DNA of 64,000 nucleotides from Flaccisagitta enflata (Eukaryota): NCBI GenBank assembly GCA_965153355.1, contig OZ231126.1, positions 29,884,001 to 29,948,000 of the forward strand, read 5' to 3'. Shown piece by piece: positions 29,531 to 45,007 of this stretch (position 1 is its first letter; each line of letters starts with the position of its first letter). The notes under the pieces were generated by a model. It saw only the letters and a program-made list of their open reading frames with translations, ran no database searches and was not told where the DNA came from. The position numbers and the translations under genes were made by a program.

Positions 29531-29728
29531 TAGTCGCGTGCTACGCGACTCTACACCCCGCTTTGTCCGTCGGTCCGTCGGTCCTTCGGTCCGTCCGTCC
29601 ATCACACTTTACTTTTTTTTGGCTTTTGTAGTCTTTAGCCTCACTGCTCCTGCCCAAATGATCCAGTGACATCAAATATGGCCCCTGCCCACCCGCACGC
29701 GACTGGGGTAGCCGTGTATCCGGCCTTG
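29531..29728 (+). mobile_element. DINE-1/HINE-like short repeat, representative copy (others at about 4527-4667, 28618-28833, 54194-54570, 55597-55778, 59931-60138; minus strand 57983-58151, 58225-58416)
   Basis: 5' hairpin AGTCGCGTGCTACGCGACT, (GTCS)n microsatellite, 3' copy GCACGCGACT, terminal hairpin GCCGTGTATCCGGC + CTTGT; T-rich insertion sites, no TSD. Confidence 0.7.
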
Positions 29729-29776
29729 TCTGCTCAACTTGTTGTCCGTAATTCTGTTTTTGTCTATTTGTGTAGT

Positions 29777-30665
29777 ATGGCGGGTCGGTATCAACCAAGT
29801 TTGGAAATGCCGTTCGGACATTTGACCAGGCCATGCGCGATCTCAAATCAACTTAATAACTAGAAGGAAAATTAATAATACTTCATCATTTACAGTCGTG
29901 CCAACCATACCTTTCCCATAGCAATGTATAGGAGTTTCCTCTTCCTGTTCCTTCTCCCTATTCATTACAATGTTAATTGGGAAAAAAATCGAAAAACGTT
30001 TTTCGATTTTTTGAGTTTCGCTTAAGAATTAATTTTTTCCATTTTCGCTTGGGATGTTTTGAGGAAGTTGAGGAGCGACAAGGCTCGCCCGAGGCTGGGG
30101 TTGAAATTGGTACAGGGTGAAAGAGGGCACTTTTTTACACCTTCTGGAAAAAAGCAGGGCACGGTCGGACCAATACTTTAGGCGCTATGAATTCTTTAAT
30201 CTTTTTTTATTTTTCACATTTTCCGTATTTTTTCTTACGATCATTATTTTTCATCAATGTCAACTTTTGGCCCTACATAACAACAAAAAAGAGTCCAAAA
30301 ACTAACTGGCCAACCAACCAACCAACCAACTGGCTAACCAACCAAACAACTGACCAAGAGACTTCAAAGAGAGAGAGAGAGAGAAGAGACAGTTTTAATT
30401 GATTTAGTAATTGAGGTGAATGCAACAAAAGGGTGGCAGTAATAAGGGTTTTAAGATTTAATTAGTTATATACTTCGTTGGTAGTCACTGATGCAACCCT
30501 CAAACATCAGTGCCAGTGACAGGACCCACCAGCGAGAAGGTCAAGTATGCAGGGTCCCATTGGAAAAACGGACCAACAGACAAAGTTAGGGTGCACAGCA
30601 AAAGAAAAACAAGAGGATTTTAGCTATTTAAAAATTATAGGGCTTAAAAAAACTATCATAAACTA

Positions 30666-30758
<93 letters not shown>

Positions 30759-31320
30759 GGACGGCGAGCGCCATTACTGTAAGGGTTTGACACGACTGTA
30801 TGATAGTGCAACCTTTTCTTTGGGCAGCGGCGAAGGGTCGATGACCTATCTTTCACATATGGGGAGTTTTCTCCTTCTTCATGTCCATGCCCGCCCTCCC
30901 CCAGCCTCCAGGTATCTCGCCTGGAGGCCCTATCCCAGCCTCCAGGCCCAAATCCCCGTCTTGAGGCCCAAATCCCACCCTCAAGGCCTACATCCCAACC
31001 CCAGGGCCCAGATTCTACTCTCTAGGGATTTGGGCCTCAAGACTGGGATTTGGGCCTGGAGGCTGGGATATGGGCCTCCAGGCTGAGATATGGGCCTGGG
31101 TGAGGTGACATGAGAAAGAACTCTCATATGTGTGGCATGGTCATCGACCTCTTAGCCCTGCTCTCCCCTCAACTTCAGCCACAGCCTACTTAAGCAGGGC
31201 TGGGTACCGCTGACCATCTAACGCTTTTGCGACTATTACATGTGTTTATATAATGTTTTTGTGCACACTTTGGTCATATGTCCCAGTGGCATTTCCAAAG
31301 TTGGTTGATACCGACCCCCA
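29777..31320. mobile_element. Old TIR element with ~50-bp inverted ends and nested repeats
   Basis: gggtcggtatcaaccaagtttggaaatgcc..gacatttgacca (29781-29828) is the reverse complement of 31271-31318. Confidence 0.55.
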
Positions 31321-31425
31321 AGTGTAGTATGACCTCCACACAGTGTTTCAAGGCTTGTCTTATCTCCGTAAGTCTGTTTGTCGGCTCTTCTCTCTGACCG
31401 TTTTTTTTACTGTCTATAGATTTCA

Positions 31426-31518
<93 letters not shown>

Positions 31519-31656
31519 GCACTTGCCTAAAGGCGTGAAGCCATAGGAAGCTCGATAGGCTCCACTTAGCAAGAGGAATCAGGGAATTCATATAAGCGAT
31601 CATTGGCAGTGAGTAATGAAATAACAACACCAACAGGAGACATTGATGCGCCACCG

Positions 31657-31729
<73 letters not shown>

Positions 31730-32937
31730 AAGAAGAAGAGAAAGAAGAGGAGGAAGAAGAAGAAGAAGAGGACAAACGAAAACAATTATTAATTGCTTTT
31801 AAATAAGCATGGCAAGTCACCACGGTTGTAGGTACCGGATTTCTGCCTTTAATCTCTTATCAGATGGACTTTGTTGGTCCATTGAGATCCGTTTTTGCGG
31901 GTGCGGGTTTCAACAGTATTTACAATTTTGATGTGATTTAATTGCTCAATAGATTGACTGAGTAGATGAATGAAAAAAGGTCTAAAGAGAGAGAGGCCTA
32001 TGTGGCAGAAGATTTTTAAAAACCGGCCGAGCCGAAATTCATGACGCAACAAGCAAAAAAATTGTTTTTATTATGCTAATCCTTTTTTTTTCATGATAGA
32101 AGCTGTTGTAACACATTACCTGGGATTCAGTGCCTAGCTAATATCCTTTACACTCAAAATTTTGATAGGCTATATAGCAAGAAATAGGCCAAAATCACCC
32201 TCTTTTTTATGTCACACTGATGTCACACTTAAAACCACAATCAAAAACACATCAAAAATTCATTAAGCCTACCCAGCTATGGTCATTTTTGTTTATTTGC
32301 AATACCTAAAGAAGGACTAAAGATTTTATAGTGACCTTTAAAAAGGATAAAGATAATCAGCTAGTCATAGTACGTAGAATAAGTTGACTTCCTCAATCTT
32401 TCACCTTTCATCGCCTATCCTAACCTACCCTACTCTACCCAGATGTGCGTGACCATAGTCATTGAGGATATACCAAATAATGGTGCAATGTGGATCGACA
32501 GAAGTGTGCATTAAATGTGTTAAGACGCAGCTAAAGATGGCAATTGGATCATCGGATATTTGTGATGAACAGGCCACAGGGCAGTAGGCACAAGTATGAT
32601 GTGTGCAACAAAAAGTAAAAATGGGAAAAATATTTTTCGTTGCAAATAGGTCATTCGACAACAAAGAGTAAAATAACAATTTGACAAAGAGTGACCAGTG
32701 CAGTCGGCTATCCATTTAGATATAACTCATTGATGACCGTTCTGCAGGTGAGAGACCAACTAGGCGCTGTTAGATCCCCCTACTACTGTACTAGCTGCTA
32801 AGGACCAATTACAGATAAAAGATCAATTGGTCGCTGTTAAAGCACCAATAAATAACACTTTGTATGTTGACTGTTGACGACGAACAATTACATCAGAGAC
32901 CAACTGGGTGCTGTTTAAGCATCAATAGTGGTTTAAA

Positions 32938-33173
32938 TACCATCTAAAGAATAGAAATGTTAACACCTGAAAATAGGCATCAACTTTTGAGGTCTGTTGT
33001 TTCTAAACAAATTGAGCTACCAGTCCCAGATTGGTCGCATTTTTAAGAGTTTCAACCACTCTTTTAAATGGGACCAATCTGGTTGTTGTGGCTTTTTTTT
33101 GTTTGAGAGTGGCAATCTTTCAAACATGGTGCTTATTTTCTAGTGGGGACATTTCTATTTCTTTAGATAGTAT
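32938..33173. mobile_element. Short hairpin MITE
   Basis: taccatctaaagaatagaaatgt / acatttctatttctttagatagta. Confidence 0.65.
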
Positions 33174-33210
33174 CTACGCGCTGTACTAATAAATCAAACG
33201 TGTATGAATA

Positions 33211-36187
33211 CATTCCGGTCAAGTATCCGCTGGACCAAAAGCTCAATTTTAAGGGTTTTGAAAAAAAATTAACCATTTCCAATTTTTTGCACACTAGCCT
33301 TAAAAAAAGTGTAGATTAAGAATATCAACTTCATTTAACCCGATTGCGAGCCGAAAAAATTAGATGCACTTTTTTTTGGCCAAAAATGATGTCTACACCA
33401 TGCTATGTTGGTGGGTCGGTTGGTCGGTTGGTCAGTTGGTTGGTTGGTCGGTCCCCTTTTTTGGCGTTTTTCAGCTTTTTGAGCATATTGCTCCTGCCCA
33501 AATGCGCTAGTGACCTTCTCCAGCACTGCTCCTGCCCACCCGTTTGCGACTAGGGTAGCCATGTATCCGGCCTTGTTTTGTTAAGAATTACATAAAGATA
33601 TAACTCTGAAGAAAAAATATGGCCTTCTAATTATAAGTAATCATCTGCTGAACATTTGCAAAAAATTTCATGAAATTCCATAGAAGTTAAGACGCTTAAA
33701 ATGCATTTTAAAACATTTAAGTGTAAAAAATTAACTTTTGATGAAAAAAACACACCAAAAGACATCAAAGAATGTTAGATCTTACCAGAACACACCTCCC
33801 CACCAATTTTCATACTTTTATGACAATTATTAGCTATGATTTCAAAAGAAAATTGATGTTAGTAAGGTTTTAACAATTTTCGCCAAAAGCTGATTTGCAT
33901 ATTGTTGTAATTTGTTTTTTTGTGGTTATTATTCATCCAATATTCATCATACAGGGAGTACCCCGCAAAGTGACACCAAAGAAAACGTCACATTTCAGCC
34001 TCTAGAAATGATAATCCAATTCCAAAAAAAGTTCCTGGAAGACATTTCAAACCGATTTTGTTTGTTTTGAATTAACAAATTGGGTTTTGGAAAATCAACC
34101 CACATGGAATAGATAAATTATTTTTAACTTTATAACAAAATCACTGTTTTTTTAAAGAAAACTATGGAGGGTTGCATTCTCTTTCACTGCCATTTATCAG
34201 CAAATTGTGCCAAACTGCTGGAAGCGCTCTCAAATGGAATATATTTTGATAAAAATTTAGTATCTGAAATGTTTTGTGAGTTTCCCATCATATTTCTATC
34301 AAATTGTTTCATTTTTCACAAGGATTTCTTGAGCAAAAATGTTTTTGGCCTTTGAAAGGCTAATTTCTGTTTGTACATAGATTTACAGCTTGGTCATTTT
34401 ATCTATTTGTAATCTACTTCAAAATATCTTTAATTCCAGCCCAACCCCAGGGTTTTGGCTCAATAGGTTCAGAAATTTTATCAAAATAGGCATAACCCGG
34501 CCAGGAATCTCGATGGAGAAAATCTCAATTTTAAGGGTTATGAAAAAAAAAAAATGGACCCATCCCAGATTTTTGCACAGGGGACCTAAAAAGGCTGTAG
34601 AACAAGATTCTGATGTTCATTTTGACCTAACTTGAGCCAAAAAAAAAAGAAACGGGTTTTAGTGCAAAAAACAGCTATTTTTCCTAAAAAAATGGCATTA
34701 AACGAAATATTTTGGCCCTTTTTTTTGAAGAAACATAAAGTACCAATAGTAATTGATGTTTGAGTGAGTGTAGAACAATTTTTGATAGGTCCATGAGGTT
34801 CAAAAATAGCATTAAAATGCTCAAAAATGAAGAAATGACCCAAGAATTAAAAAATCGTCAAAACAATGATTTGGAACAGTTTCTTAAGGAAAATATGCTG
34901 TCAGTATGAATTTCATGGTTACTTAAAAACATGACCGTGATATGAAAACGCAAAACCGCAATATGCAAATGAGATCAAAGTGCGATTTTTGCAAAATGGC
35001 ATGAAACATTTTTCTTTATAAAGCTAAACATAATAAAATATTGAACTCCTTTCCTTTCCATTTTATGCAAACCGCACTTTACCTCATTTGCATATTGCGG
35101 TTTTGCGTTTTCTTATCACGGCTATGTTTTTTTAAGTAAATCGATGAAATTCATACTGACAGCATATTTTACCCTAAAAAACTGTTCCAAATCATCAGTT
35201 TTGACAATTTTTTAATTTTTAGGTCATTTCTACATTTTTGAGCATTTTAAAGCTATTTTTGAACCTCATAGACCGATTCAAAATTGTTCTAGAGTCACTC
35301 AAATATCAATTACTATTGGGACTTTATGTTTCTGTAAAAAAAAAGTCAAAAAAATTTCATTTAATACTATTTTTTTAGGAAAAATAGCCGTTTTTTGCAA
35401 TAAAAACCGTTTCTTTTTTTTTTGGCTCAAGTCAGGCCAAAATGAACATCAGAATCTTGTTCTACAGCCTTTTTAGGTCCCCTGTGCAAAAATCTGGGAT
35501 GGGTCCATTTTTTTTTTTTTTAAAAGAATTTTGCAAGTGAGACTTCTGACCGAACTACTCCAAAACCCCAAAACCAGAAAATGCATGCCTCGCCAACTTT
35601 AAAATTTCTTTCAATGCTACAGTACAGTCAGAGTTTTGAATATATGCTCATTTCCTTTGTATCTCATAAAATCAGTCAAAAAGTGCTTTCTGGAACTTGA
35701 ATTGGATTATCATTTCTAGAAGCTGAAATATGAAGTTTTCTTTGGTGTCACTTTGCATGGTATTCCCTGTATTAGCATGAAAATCTGTGGGGTAGTATAT
35801 TTCAACAAAATGTAAAATCCTATGACCTCTTTCAGTCATTTTCCTTTTATCAAGGTTTTTTTTTTAATTTTAAATTTTTAGAAAGCATTTTAAGTGTCTA
35901 AACGTCAATTTAATGAAATTTCTCGCAGTTGTTATACATATAATTGTTTATCATTAACAGGGCATATTTTTTCATTAGAGTTATATCTTCATGTCATTTT
36001 TAACAAAAAACTACCATTTTTTTGCCAAAAAAGTGCTTCTAATTTTCTTGGCTCGCAATACGGTAAAATTAGGTTGATATTCTTAATGTACACCTTTTTT
36101 AGGACAAATGTGCAAAAATTTAGAGATGGTTATCTTTTTTTTATTTTTCCAAAGGGTTTTGGGCTAGAGGATATTAGACCGATTCTG
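33211..36187. mobile_element. Outer MITE of a nested foldback cluster
   Basis: 33211-33390 and 33580-33950 are the diverged reverse complement of 35770-36187. Confidence 0.65.
33952..35769. mobile_element. Inner TA-flanked TIR element containing a ~980-bp near-perfect palindrome (34543-35521)
   Basis: TIR CAGGGARTACC..GCAAAGTGACACCAAAGAAAAC, TA flanks; inner arms atggacccatcccagatttttgcacaggggacc / reverse complement. Confidence 0.8.
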
Positions 36188-36405
36188 TCACTCTAAAACA
36201 CCGATAGACTCACTTGAAAGTTGAGAATGAGTGATGCTTTGTGCGGCCATCTTGAGAAGACGATCATGTTGAGGAGATTCAGAATAAGACCTAAGACAAT
36301 GATCAAATTGAAACGATACATCAATGGCAACTACAGCCATGACAATGATCTTGGTCATATTGTCAACAATAGGTTGCGACAACGTCTTATGTGATTACTC
36401 TGATA

Positions 36406-36958
36406 CAGGGTGTATCATGCCAAATTAGATATAAGAAAACGATGGCATTCTGCTTCTAAAAGTGCAAAAATAATTTTGAAAAAAGATTCAAATAGAACAT
36501 GAGCTCTGGTTTTTTGTGTAAAAATTTCATGGGTCTGGGTCAAATATTGTAGCCACAATATCAATTTGAAATAAATTGAGCATTTAGAGGAGAAGCACTT
36601 TGAACATGATTTTGATTCTGAAAGTTTTTTTTTTAATTGCTCTCATTTCTAAACGACTTAAGTTACAGATGCCAGATTGGTCCCAAATTAAAGCTTATCA
36701 AATTTTCTTTGATTTGAGACCAATCTGGCAAATGTGGCTCAAGCCGTTTAGAAATGAGAGCAATTCAAAGAAAACCTTTCAGCATCACAATCATATCCAA
36801 AAAGCTTCTCCTCTAAATGCTCAGTTCACTTCAAATTAATGTAGTGGCTAGAATGTTTGACCCAGACTCATAAATTTTTTACACAAAAAACCGGAGCTTG
36901 TATGCTCTTTGAATCTTTTTTCAGATCTACAGTTGTGCAAAATTTTTTGCTCACCCTG
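36406..36958. mobile_element. CAGGGTG-ended MITE flanked by a 48-bp direct repeat
   Basis: Palindromic interior; 36358-36405 is nearly identical to 36960-37007. Confidence 0.7.
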
Positions 36959-38120
36959 TTATTGTCAACAATAGGTTACGACAACGTCTTATGTGATTGC
37001 TCGGATAACTTTACTTTATGTTTATTTATGCTTATTAACTGTGCCCTGGTGCCGTTGCCGCCACCGCTGCCACCATCACTAACTCCGTCATCAACTATCA
37101 AAACCACTAACTCCATAATTGGTCAACTCTTGACATGCTAAGCAAGTGAAAAAAAACAAACGACGATTAATAAACCAATGATCGCATTTAAAAAGTGGGT
37201 TGACGATTGACAAATGAAGAGTGGTTGCTCAAAAACTCTCCAGTGTCCAGCAAATCTAGTAACTATTTTGAGTTCTCAGACATCGAACAACTTCCGCGGT
37301 GACAAATTTACACTTAGTAATGCGACCCTGGATCGTCATATCCCGCATAACTTCTGCCATGAGGAACTAAGCGAGCATTATGCGTACAAAATGGTACCCT
37401 GGAACTTGACTCTCGCAATCCAAAAAGAAATGAAGCCGGTAAAAAAAATAGTCGCAAAAGCGTCAGATGGTCAGCGGTACCCGTGCCCTGCCCAAGTAGT
37501 TTGTGATTAAGGTTGAGGGAGGGAGCAGGGCAGCGGCCTCAAAGGGGTCGATGACCTATGCTTTCACACATATCAGGAATTTTCTCCTCCTTCTAGCAAC
37601 TGGGATTTGGGCCTTAGGGCTTGGATTTAGGCCTTGGGGCTGGCATTTAGGGCTGGAATTTGGGCCTTAAGACAGGGATTTTGGCCTTGGGGCTAGGATT
37701 TAGGCCTTCAGACTGGGATTAGGGCCCTCAGGCTGGGATTTGGGCCCTCATTATAGGATTTGGGTCTTGAGAATGGGGTTTGGGCCTCGAGGCTGGGATT
37801 TGGGCCTTGAGGCTGGGATTTTGGCCTCACACTGGGATTTGGGCCTTGAAGGTGGGATTTGGGCCTCAAGGATGGGATTTTGGCCTCAAGAATGGGATTT
37901 GGGCCTGAAGGATAGGACTTGGACCTCATGGCTGGGATTTAGGCCTTGAGACTGGGACTTGGGCCTCATAGTAGGATTTGGGTCAAAGGGGGGGGGAAGA
38001 CAGAGAAGGAGAAGACAAGGAGGAGGAGAGAATTCCCCATATGTGTGAAAGCATAGGTTATCGACCCCAAAAAAAAGAAAAAGAAAAAGAAAAAAAGCAA
38101 AAAGCAAAAAGAAAAAGAAA

Positions 38121-38152
<32 letters not shown>

Positions 38153-38836
38153 TACTTTCTTAAAGATATGGAAACCCAAGTCGAAGGTTTCAGTTTTCGA
38201 TTGTTGGTATTATTCATGTTACCTCTTCTGATCATTTGACCAATCTTAAAGATGAAATTACATTACACCTTTTTTTCCCATAGCCTGGGTTAGTAGGGCT
38301 ATCTACAGCAAGTCAACGGAAAAACAATTTGCCAATTAGGCTCTCCTTTTATTCAGGGGTGAATAGCCCCCACCCTCCCAAATATAATCAAAGAGTTTGG
38401 AGGTAGGGAACAAAATCAAGGACTAAAAAGAAGAAAAAAGAAAAAGATATAATAATCCCACAAGATTAAATATAATCATATGATTACAACAACACAATTT
38501 TGCGCTATTTAGACTCTAATTCATCATATTCATACTCTTAAGAGGTAGAAAATAAAAGAATTCATTAACTGGCTGGGGAAAGAATTCAAAGACCAGGAAG
38601 GGGGGGCAACTTTATTCACTCCTGCCTTTTTTCACTCTCAATATCTCATCCTCTAATTCTGCTTTGTACGCCCTCCGGCCTCCGGCCTCCGCTCATCTCT
38701 CTTTAGCTCATCCACAGCACTCGTCTCTCGGATCCTTCCAGCAAATCCACAGCGCTCACATTTCTCTTGCTCATCTACAGCGCTCACATTTCTCTAGCTC
38801 ATCTACAACGCTCATATTTCTCCAGCTTATCTACAG

Positions 38837-40624
<1,788 letters not shown>

Positions 40625-40654
40625 TGATGGTGTCGGGCCATCAATAATCATGCA

Positions 40655-41244
40655 TAACCATGGCAAAGAAAAAAACAAACAACTTGTTTTTCTTATTTCT
40701 GCCAAACCAAAGGCTTGAACTATAGAAAACCGTTTGAAAGATCTTCAAAAAATCTCCCAAATGCGACGTTGCTTTTTTCGTTTAGAAATGGCATCAGATT
40801 GAAGAAAAATAAAACTGATTGAAAAAAGGCTGAGAAAAGGCAAATTTCGGCTTTTTTTCCTACCATTAATTTTAGTTTCAACGTTTTCATTAATAGTGCA
40901 ACTCAGAATTGTCACAGCTACTTGATATCCATGAGCAAATTAAAGAGCTTCAAGATTTCTTTAAAATGGCGCCAAGAACGAATTTTTTATTCAAAGCGTT
41001 TAGTTTTTATGTTACAACTAACTAAAACATGAAGATCCTTTAATGGGCTTTTCCAATTCCTGACAACCTGTCTTCATCCCAATGCCATTTCTAAACGGAT
41101 AAAGCTAGGACATCCAGCAAGGTCTCATTTGAAAGATCTTTTGCAGAGCTTCAAAATGGTCACCGATTTTGTTATGTTTTTCTCATTGCTTGGGTGTAAA
41201 ATACTGAAAAACATGTTGTTTGGTTTTTTTCTTTGCTATAGTTA
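40655..41244. mobile_element. MITE (TAACYATRGCAAA family) immediately after the XK stop codon
   Basis: taaccatggcaaagaaaaaaac / gtttttttctttgctatagtta. Confidence 0.7.
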
Positions 41245-41983
41245 GTTGAGTAAGACGGAGAAACCAATGTGTAGTTGGCCGGTGGACTGATCAACACAGC
41301 AACCCTTTTGGTCCTTCCACTCCGGTGTAATTAAGCTTGATTGGAATAGAAAATCTCATTTGCCTACAAAATCGAATTGATTCTTAGCTACAAAAGCCTG
41401 ACTCAACTAAACGGCACATTCGTCAAAATGATCTGTATTGTCTCCACGTTATAACAACCGAGAATAAAAGTCATGTAAACATAGTTGGTCATCAAAATCT
41501 GTGTATTGTGAAAATGTGTATATCATCGAGATTTTACAGTAAGACTTGATTTGGAAAGTGGAGAGAGAGAGAGAGAGAGAGAGAGAGTATGAAGAGTTAG
41601 CATTTTATCATTCGGGCGGAAGCAGACGGTGGGGCAGGGTCAGTATTGAAAAGATTTATCGCAATGCAAAATTGTTACGGATGGACGGATAGCACGATGG
41701 ACGGCCCCACAGCCCGACACACGAAAAGAGTCGCGTTGGCGCGGCTGAATCAAAAGTTGGGTCCCCATTGATTATCAAATCGGCAAAACAATCCGTTTTA
41801 TTCTATTCTGTTATCGTCGTCGTCAATGAGGGTTTGTTTGATCCTTATCCTGATCTGCAAAATTGCAGGTTAACCGTGTGGTAAGACCGCGCAAACTCCT
41901 TCAAAAGAGAAAAAAAGAATTTCTTTTTAAGTTCCATTATCAATACTTAACCAGCTAACAAACCTTTCATTCACAATGATCCC

Positions 41984-41990
41984 TATAAAA
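41984..41990 (+). promoter_or_regulatory. TATA box of the Cys-rich peptide gene, followed by a likely non-coding first exon ending at 42058
   Basis: cccTATAAAAa about 25-30 nt before tcagattca; strong donor ag|gtaaga at 42058/42059; acceptors at 42230 or 42239 before the ATG. Confidence 0.6.
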
Positions 41991-42280
41991 ATCCGAGATC
42001 GTTGTTTCAGATTCAATATTTCTTTGAAACAACCAAACGTGGAAAAGGAAATCATTAGGTAAGATCAATTCCTATCGTTGGTTTTTGATTATTCACCTCT
42101 ACAATGTAGTCTTCATCCGTCTGTCCGTTTACCTATCCCTACATTGGCCCATCCAAATTGTCTCCTCTTATCTATTTCTCCTTTATTCTTTTCAATTTCT
42201 TTATCTTTGTCATCAATACCTCCGCATTAGCTGACATAGGAACCATTTCACATTTGCACAATATTTGGATTCGTGAGAAA

Positions 42281-44679
42281 ATGAAGATTCACTTTGCGGT
42301 ATTTGTTTTGGCGGCGATGCTTATTGCATCTGAGGTAATTTCTGAGATTGCGAAACTGGTATTGCCTTTTGGCAATAGTGACTATTTCTCTAACTTAAAA
42401 AAACACACAAACACACACTCAAACGCACAAACGCGCAGGCAAACAAAAAAAAAAAAGTAAATTACTTATCCATCAAACAAACCCACTGTTTATTTTTTTT
42501 TTCTGTCCTAGTTGTCGTGCGATGCTGCTCCTGTTGAGGATGATTTCGGTCTCGAGTTAGCGGAACGAAATGTCAATGGCATGGATTGTACCGGAGTCAA
42601 TAACTGTGGCTCTTGCGCTTGCCGGTGCTTACTATCATATTTGGTTATTTTTGCATAAATAATCGTTTACTCAATGTACAGCCTACGGTCACGTCTCACA
42701 CAACACCCGAATCAAATCAAGGATCTAGCCTGTAGGCAGATAAAAACGGACAGGGTCTTCAGCCTTTATTTTGAGTCTGACAGCTAATTCTAGTCCATTG
42801 TCATCAGATACCGTTTTATCGATTGTTCATTGAGCTTAAGCAGACAAGCACCCAACGTCTGCCTAAAAAATGCAAGAATGATGGACAAAAAGTATCCTGT
42901 ATCACTTTTCGTGGGCCCCCAATTTTTTTTCCCTAATTTTGGCAAAAATCTATATCTTTTTCATGAAAAGTAAGTCCGGCAGACTTCTTAGTCCGACATT
43001 TTTGGCCATCGGGTGACCTTTGCCTGAAGGCCCTCGTCCCACATCCATGAATCCTATCGCACTCCTACGCCCACTTGAACTTATTGTTTAACGATCAGTT
43101 ACAGTAAAGCTAGATAAATTGCGTGCGGTTGGGAAGCGAAACCTTGCTCTCAAATGCTGTTTTTATGTGAATGGGGAAGCTATGATTATAATCATCAGTG
43201 GACAAAGTGGGAACAATTTTAGTTTCTTGCGGTGGACAGTTCAAGTCTTTTGTCATTCCATCCGTCCATTGGTTATCAATCGTCCATTGGTTATCAATTT
43301 ATCCATCTGTCCATCGAAAATTGTTTAAATGTGTTTTTCGTTTAAATTCCTGTGCTGACGGACACACAAAAATCTTGTTCACACAATTCAGACAAGATCA
43401 AGAATAGAATTGTAAAATGCCCAGGCCCTTATTTAGAGCGTGCCCGCGTGCCCAAGGGCCAAGGCACTCTGTTTTACTGTCGGGCACGCTGATTTTGCTG
43501 ATGGCGTGCCTGGCCGGCACGCTCTTATCACATCAGACTGACTGAATATCATCATTTATCAAGATTGACATTTTTTATTTCATTGCTTAAAGAACAATCA
43601 TTGATTCATTTTAGTGAATTTTTAAGTGCGTCCTCGCACTTCTGTAAGAGGTCATGTCCGTTGGTTGGTTGGTTGGTTGGTTGGTTGGTTGGTTGGTTGG
43701 TTGGTTGATTGGTCTGTTGGGTAATACAAACGTTAGAGATATGCAAAACGGCTGATTCTTTTGTATTTTTTCATTCCTATCACCTCTCATGCCTTACCAC
43801 ATTAACATTCATTCATTCATTCATTTATTCATTCATTTATTCATTCATTCATTTGTTCATTCAATAAAAACGTAGTTTCACAAATTCTTAACCAAGCAAG
43901 GCACACTTATAGGCCATAACTTGGCCTTGTTGATTTGTCCATCCATACATTTTTTTCTTTTTTTTTTTTCTTTCTTTCTTTCTTTGTTTCTTTGTTTCTT
44001 TGTTTCTTTCTTTCTTTCTTTCATTCATTTTTTCTTTCTCCCATTCATTCATTGATTCATAGATTTATTCTTTTTTTTCTCCATTCACTCATGCAATCAT
44101 TCACTCTTTAAAAATAGAATAGAATCTCTTCAATTTCTCTTCCAAATCTGAAAATATTCCTGGAATAAGAACTCATGCAAGAAAAAAGATCGTTGATCTC
44201 AGTTTCCTCAATTCATTCAATTGTTCATTTATCAATTAACTCATTTATTCATACATTTATAGAGAAATTTCTTAAATCTGTTGATCAAAGATGATGGTTT
44301 ACCTGCGACAGCATTTGATAATTTCAGTGTGATTTGTTTATTCTTTGTTGAATAAATGCACATATTCTAGAGGTGTCGCTTTTAATTTCATTATCTAAAT
44401 TTGCATCATCATTTTATAAAATCTAGTAAAAAAAAAAAGTGATTTTGAAAACCGGGCACGCTCATTCTCTGTCAGGCACGCTGAAATTGTGGGATGTGTG
44501 CCCGGTGTGCACGCTCAACAGAATCACTAAGTTAGGGCCTGAAAATGCCTCTGTCCAATGTCGCTACCCCTGCCCAACCGCACCTGACCAGGGTAGCCAA
44601 CTTTAGCCATGTATCCGGAATACTTTTCATTTTTAGGTGCGCCGCCGTCTTTTGTGTGAGAAAACAGTGCAGATGCTGA
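42281..44679 (+). CDS. Secreted cysteine-rich defensin/toxin-like prepropeptide, exons 42281-42334, 42512-42624, 44637-44679 (69 aa)
   Basis: MKIHFAVFVLAAMLIASE|LSCDAAPVEDDFGLELAERNVNGMDCTGVNNCGSCACR|CAAVFCVRKQCRC*. GT-AG introns of phase 0 and 2 with good pyrimidine tracts; signal peptide, acidic propeptide, 8-Cys mature part. Confidence 0.85.
43422..44541. mobile_element. Non-autonomous hAT-like element in the last intron of the Cys-rich peptide gene, with a nested HINE-like repeat (about 43621-43930)
   Basis: TIR CAGGCCCT.A.TTAG; 8-bp TSD aaaatgcc (43414-43421, 44542-44549); subterminal gcacgc/gcgtgc repeats. Confidence 0.85.
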
Positions 44680-44735
44680 TCTCAAAGGATTCGAAGACGA
44701 TGAAAGAACATGGGAATGATATGATTATTATGTAA

Positions 44736-44904
44736 TACTGAAGGTGTGTCTGCATTAATCAGCTTATTCGGATATTTCATTTGAATATGAATATCCGGAT
44801 ATTTCATTTAGTAAATTTTGTAATTTCACTATGTAGAATATCCGGATATTGATATCCAGATAAAATATCCAAACGATATGGTGAATGCAGACGCACCCTG
44901 AGTA
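44736..44904. mobile_element. Short MITE, possibly PIF/Harbinger-like
   Basis: ggtgtgtctgcatt / aatgcagacgcacc with internal atatccggatat palindromes. Confidence 0.55.
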
Positions 44905-45007
44905 ACTTTAATTGATCTTGTTGTGTACATGTCAGTAACATGATGTGGCTTCGAGTTTAAATAATTCGCTGAATTGTAACATGTCGTTTGTCATATAACC
45001 ATAACGG

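Noticed and set aside
29776-29856. Apparent exon YGGSVSTKFGNAVRTFDQ
   Set aside because: It is one arm of an inverted repeat whose partner is at 31271-31320, so it is likely a transposon end.
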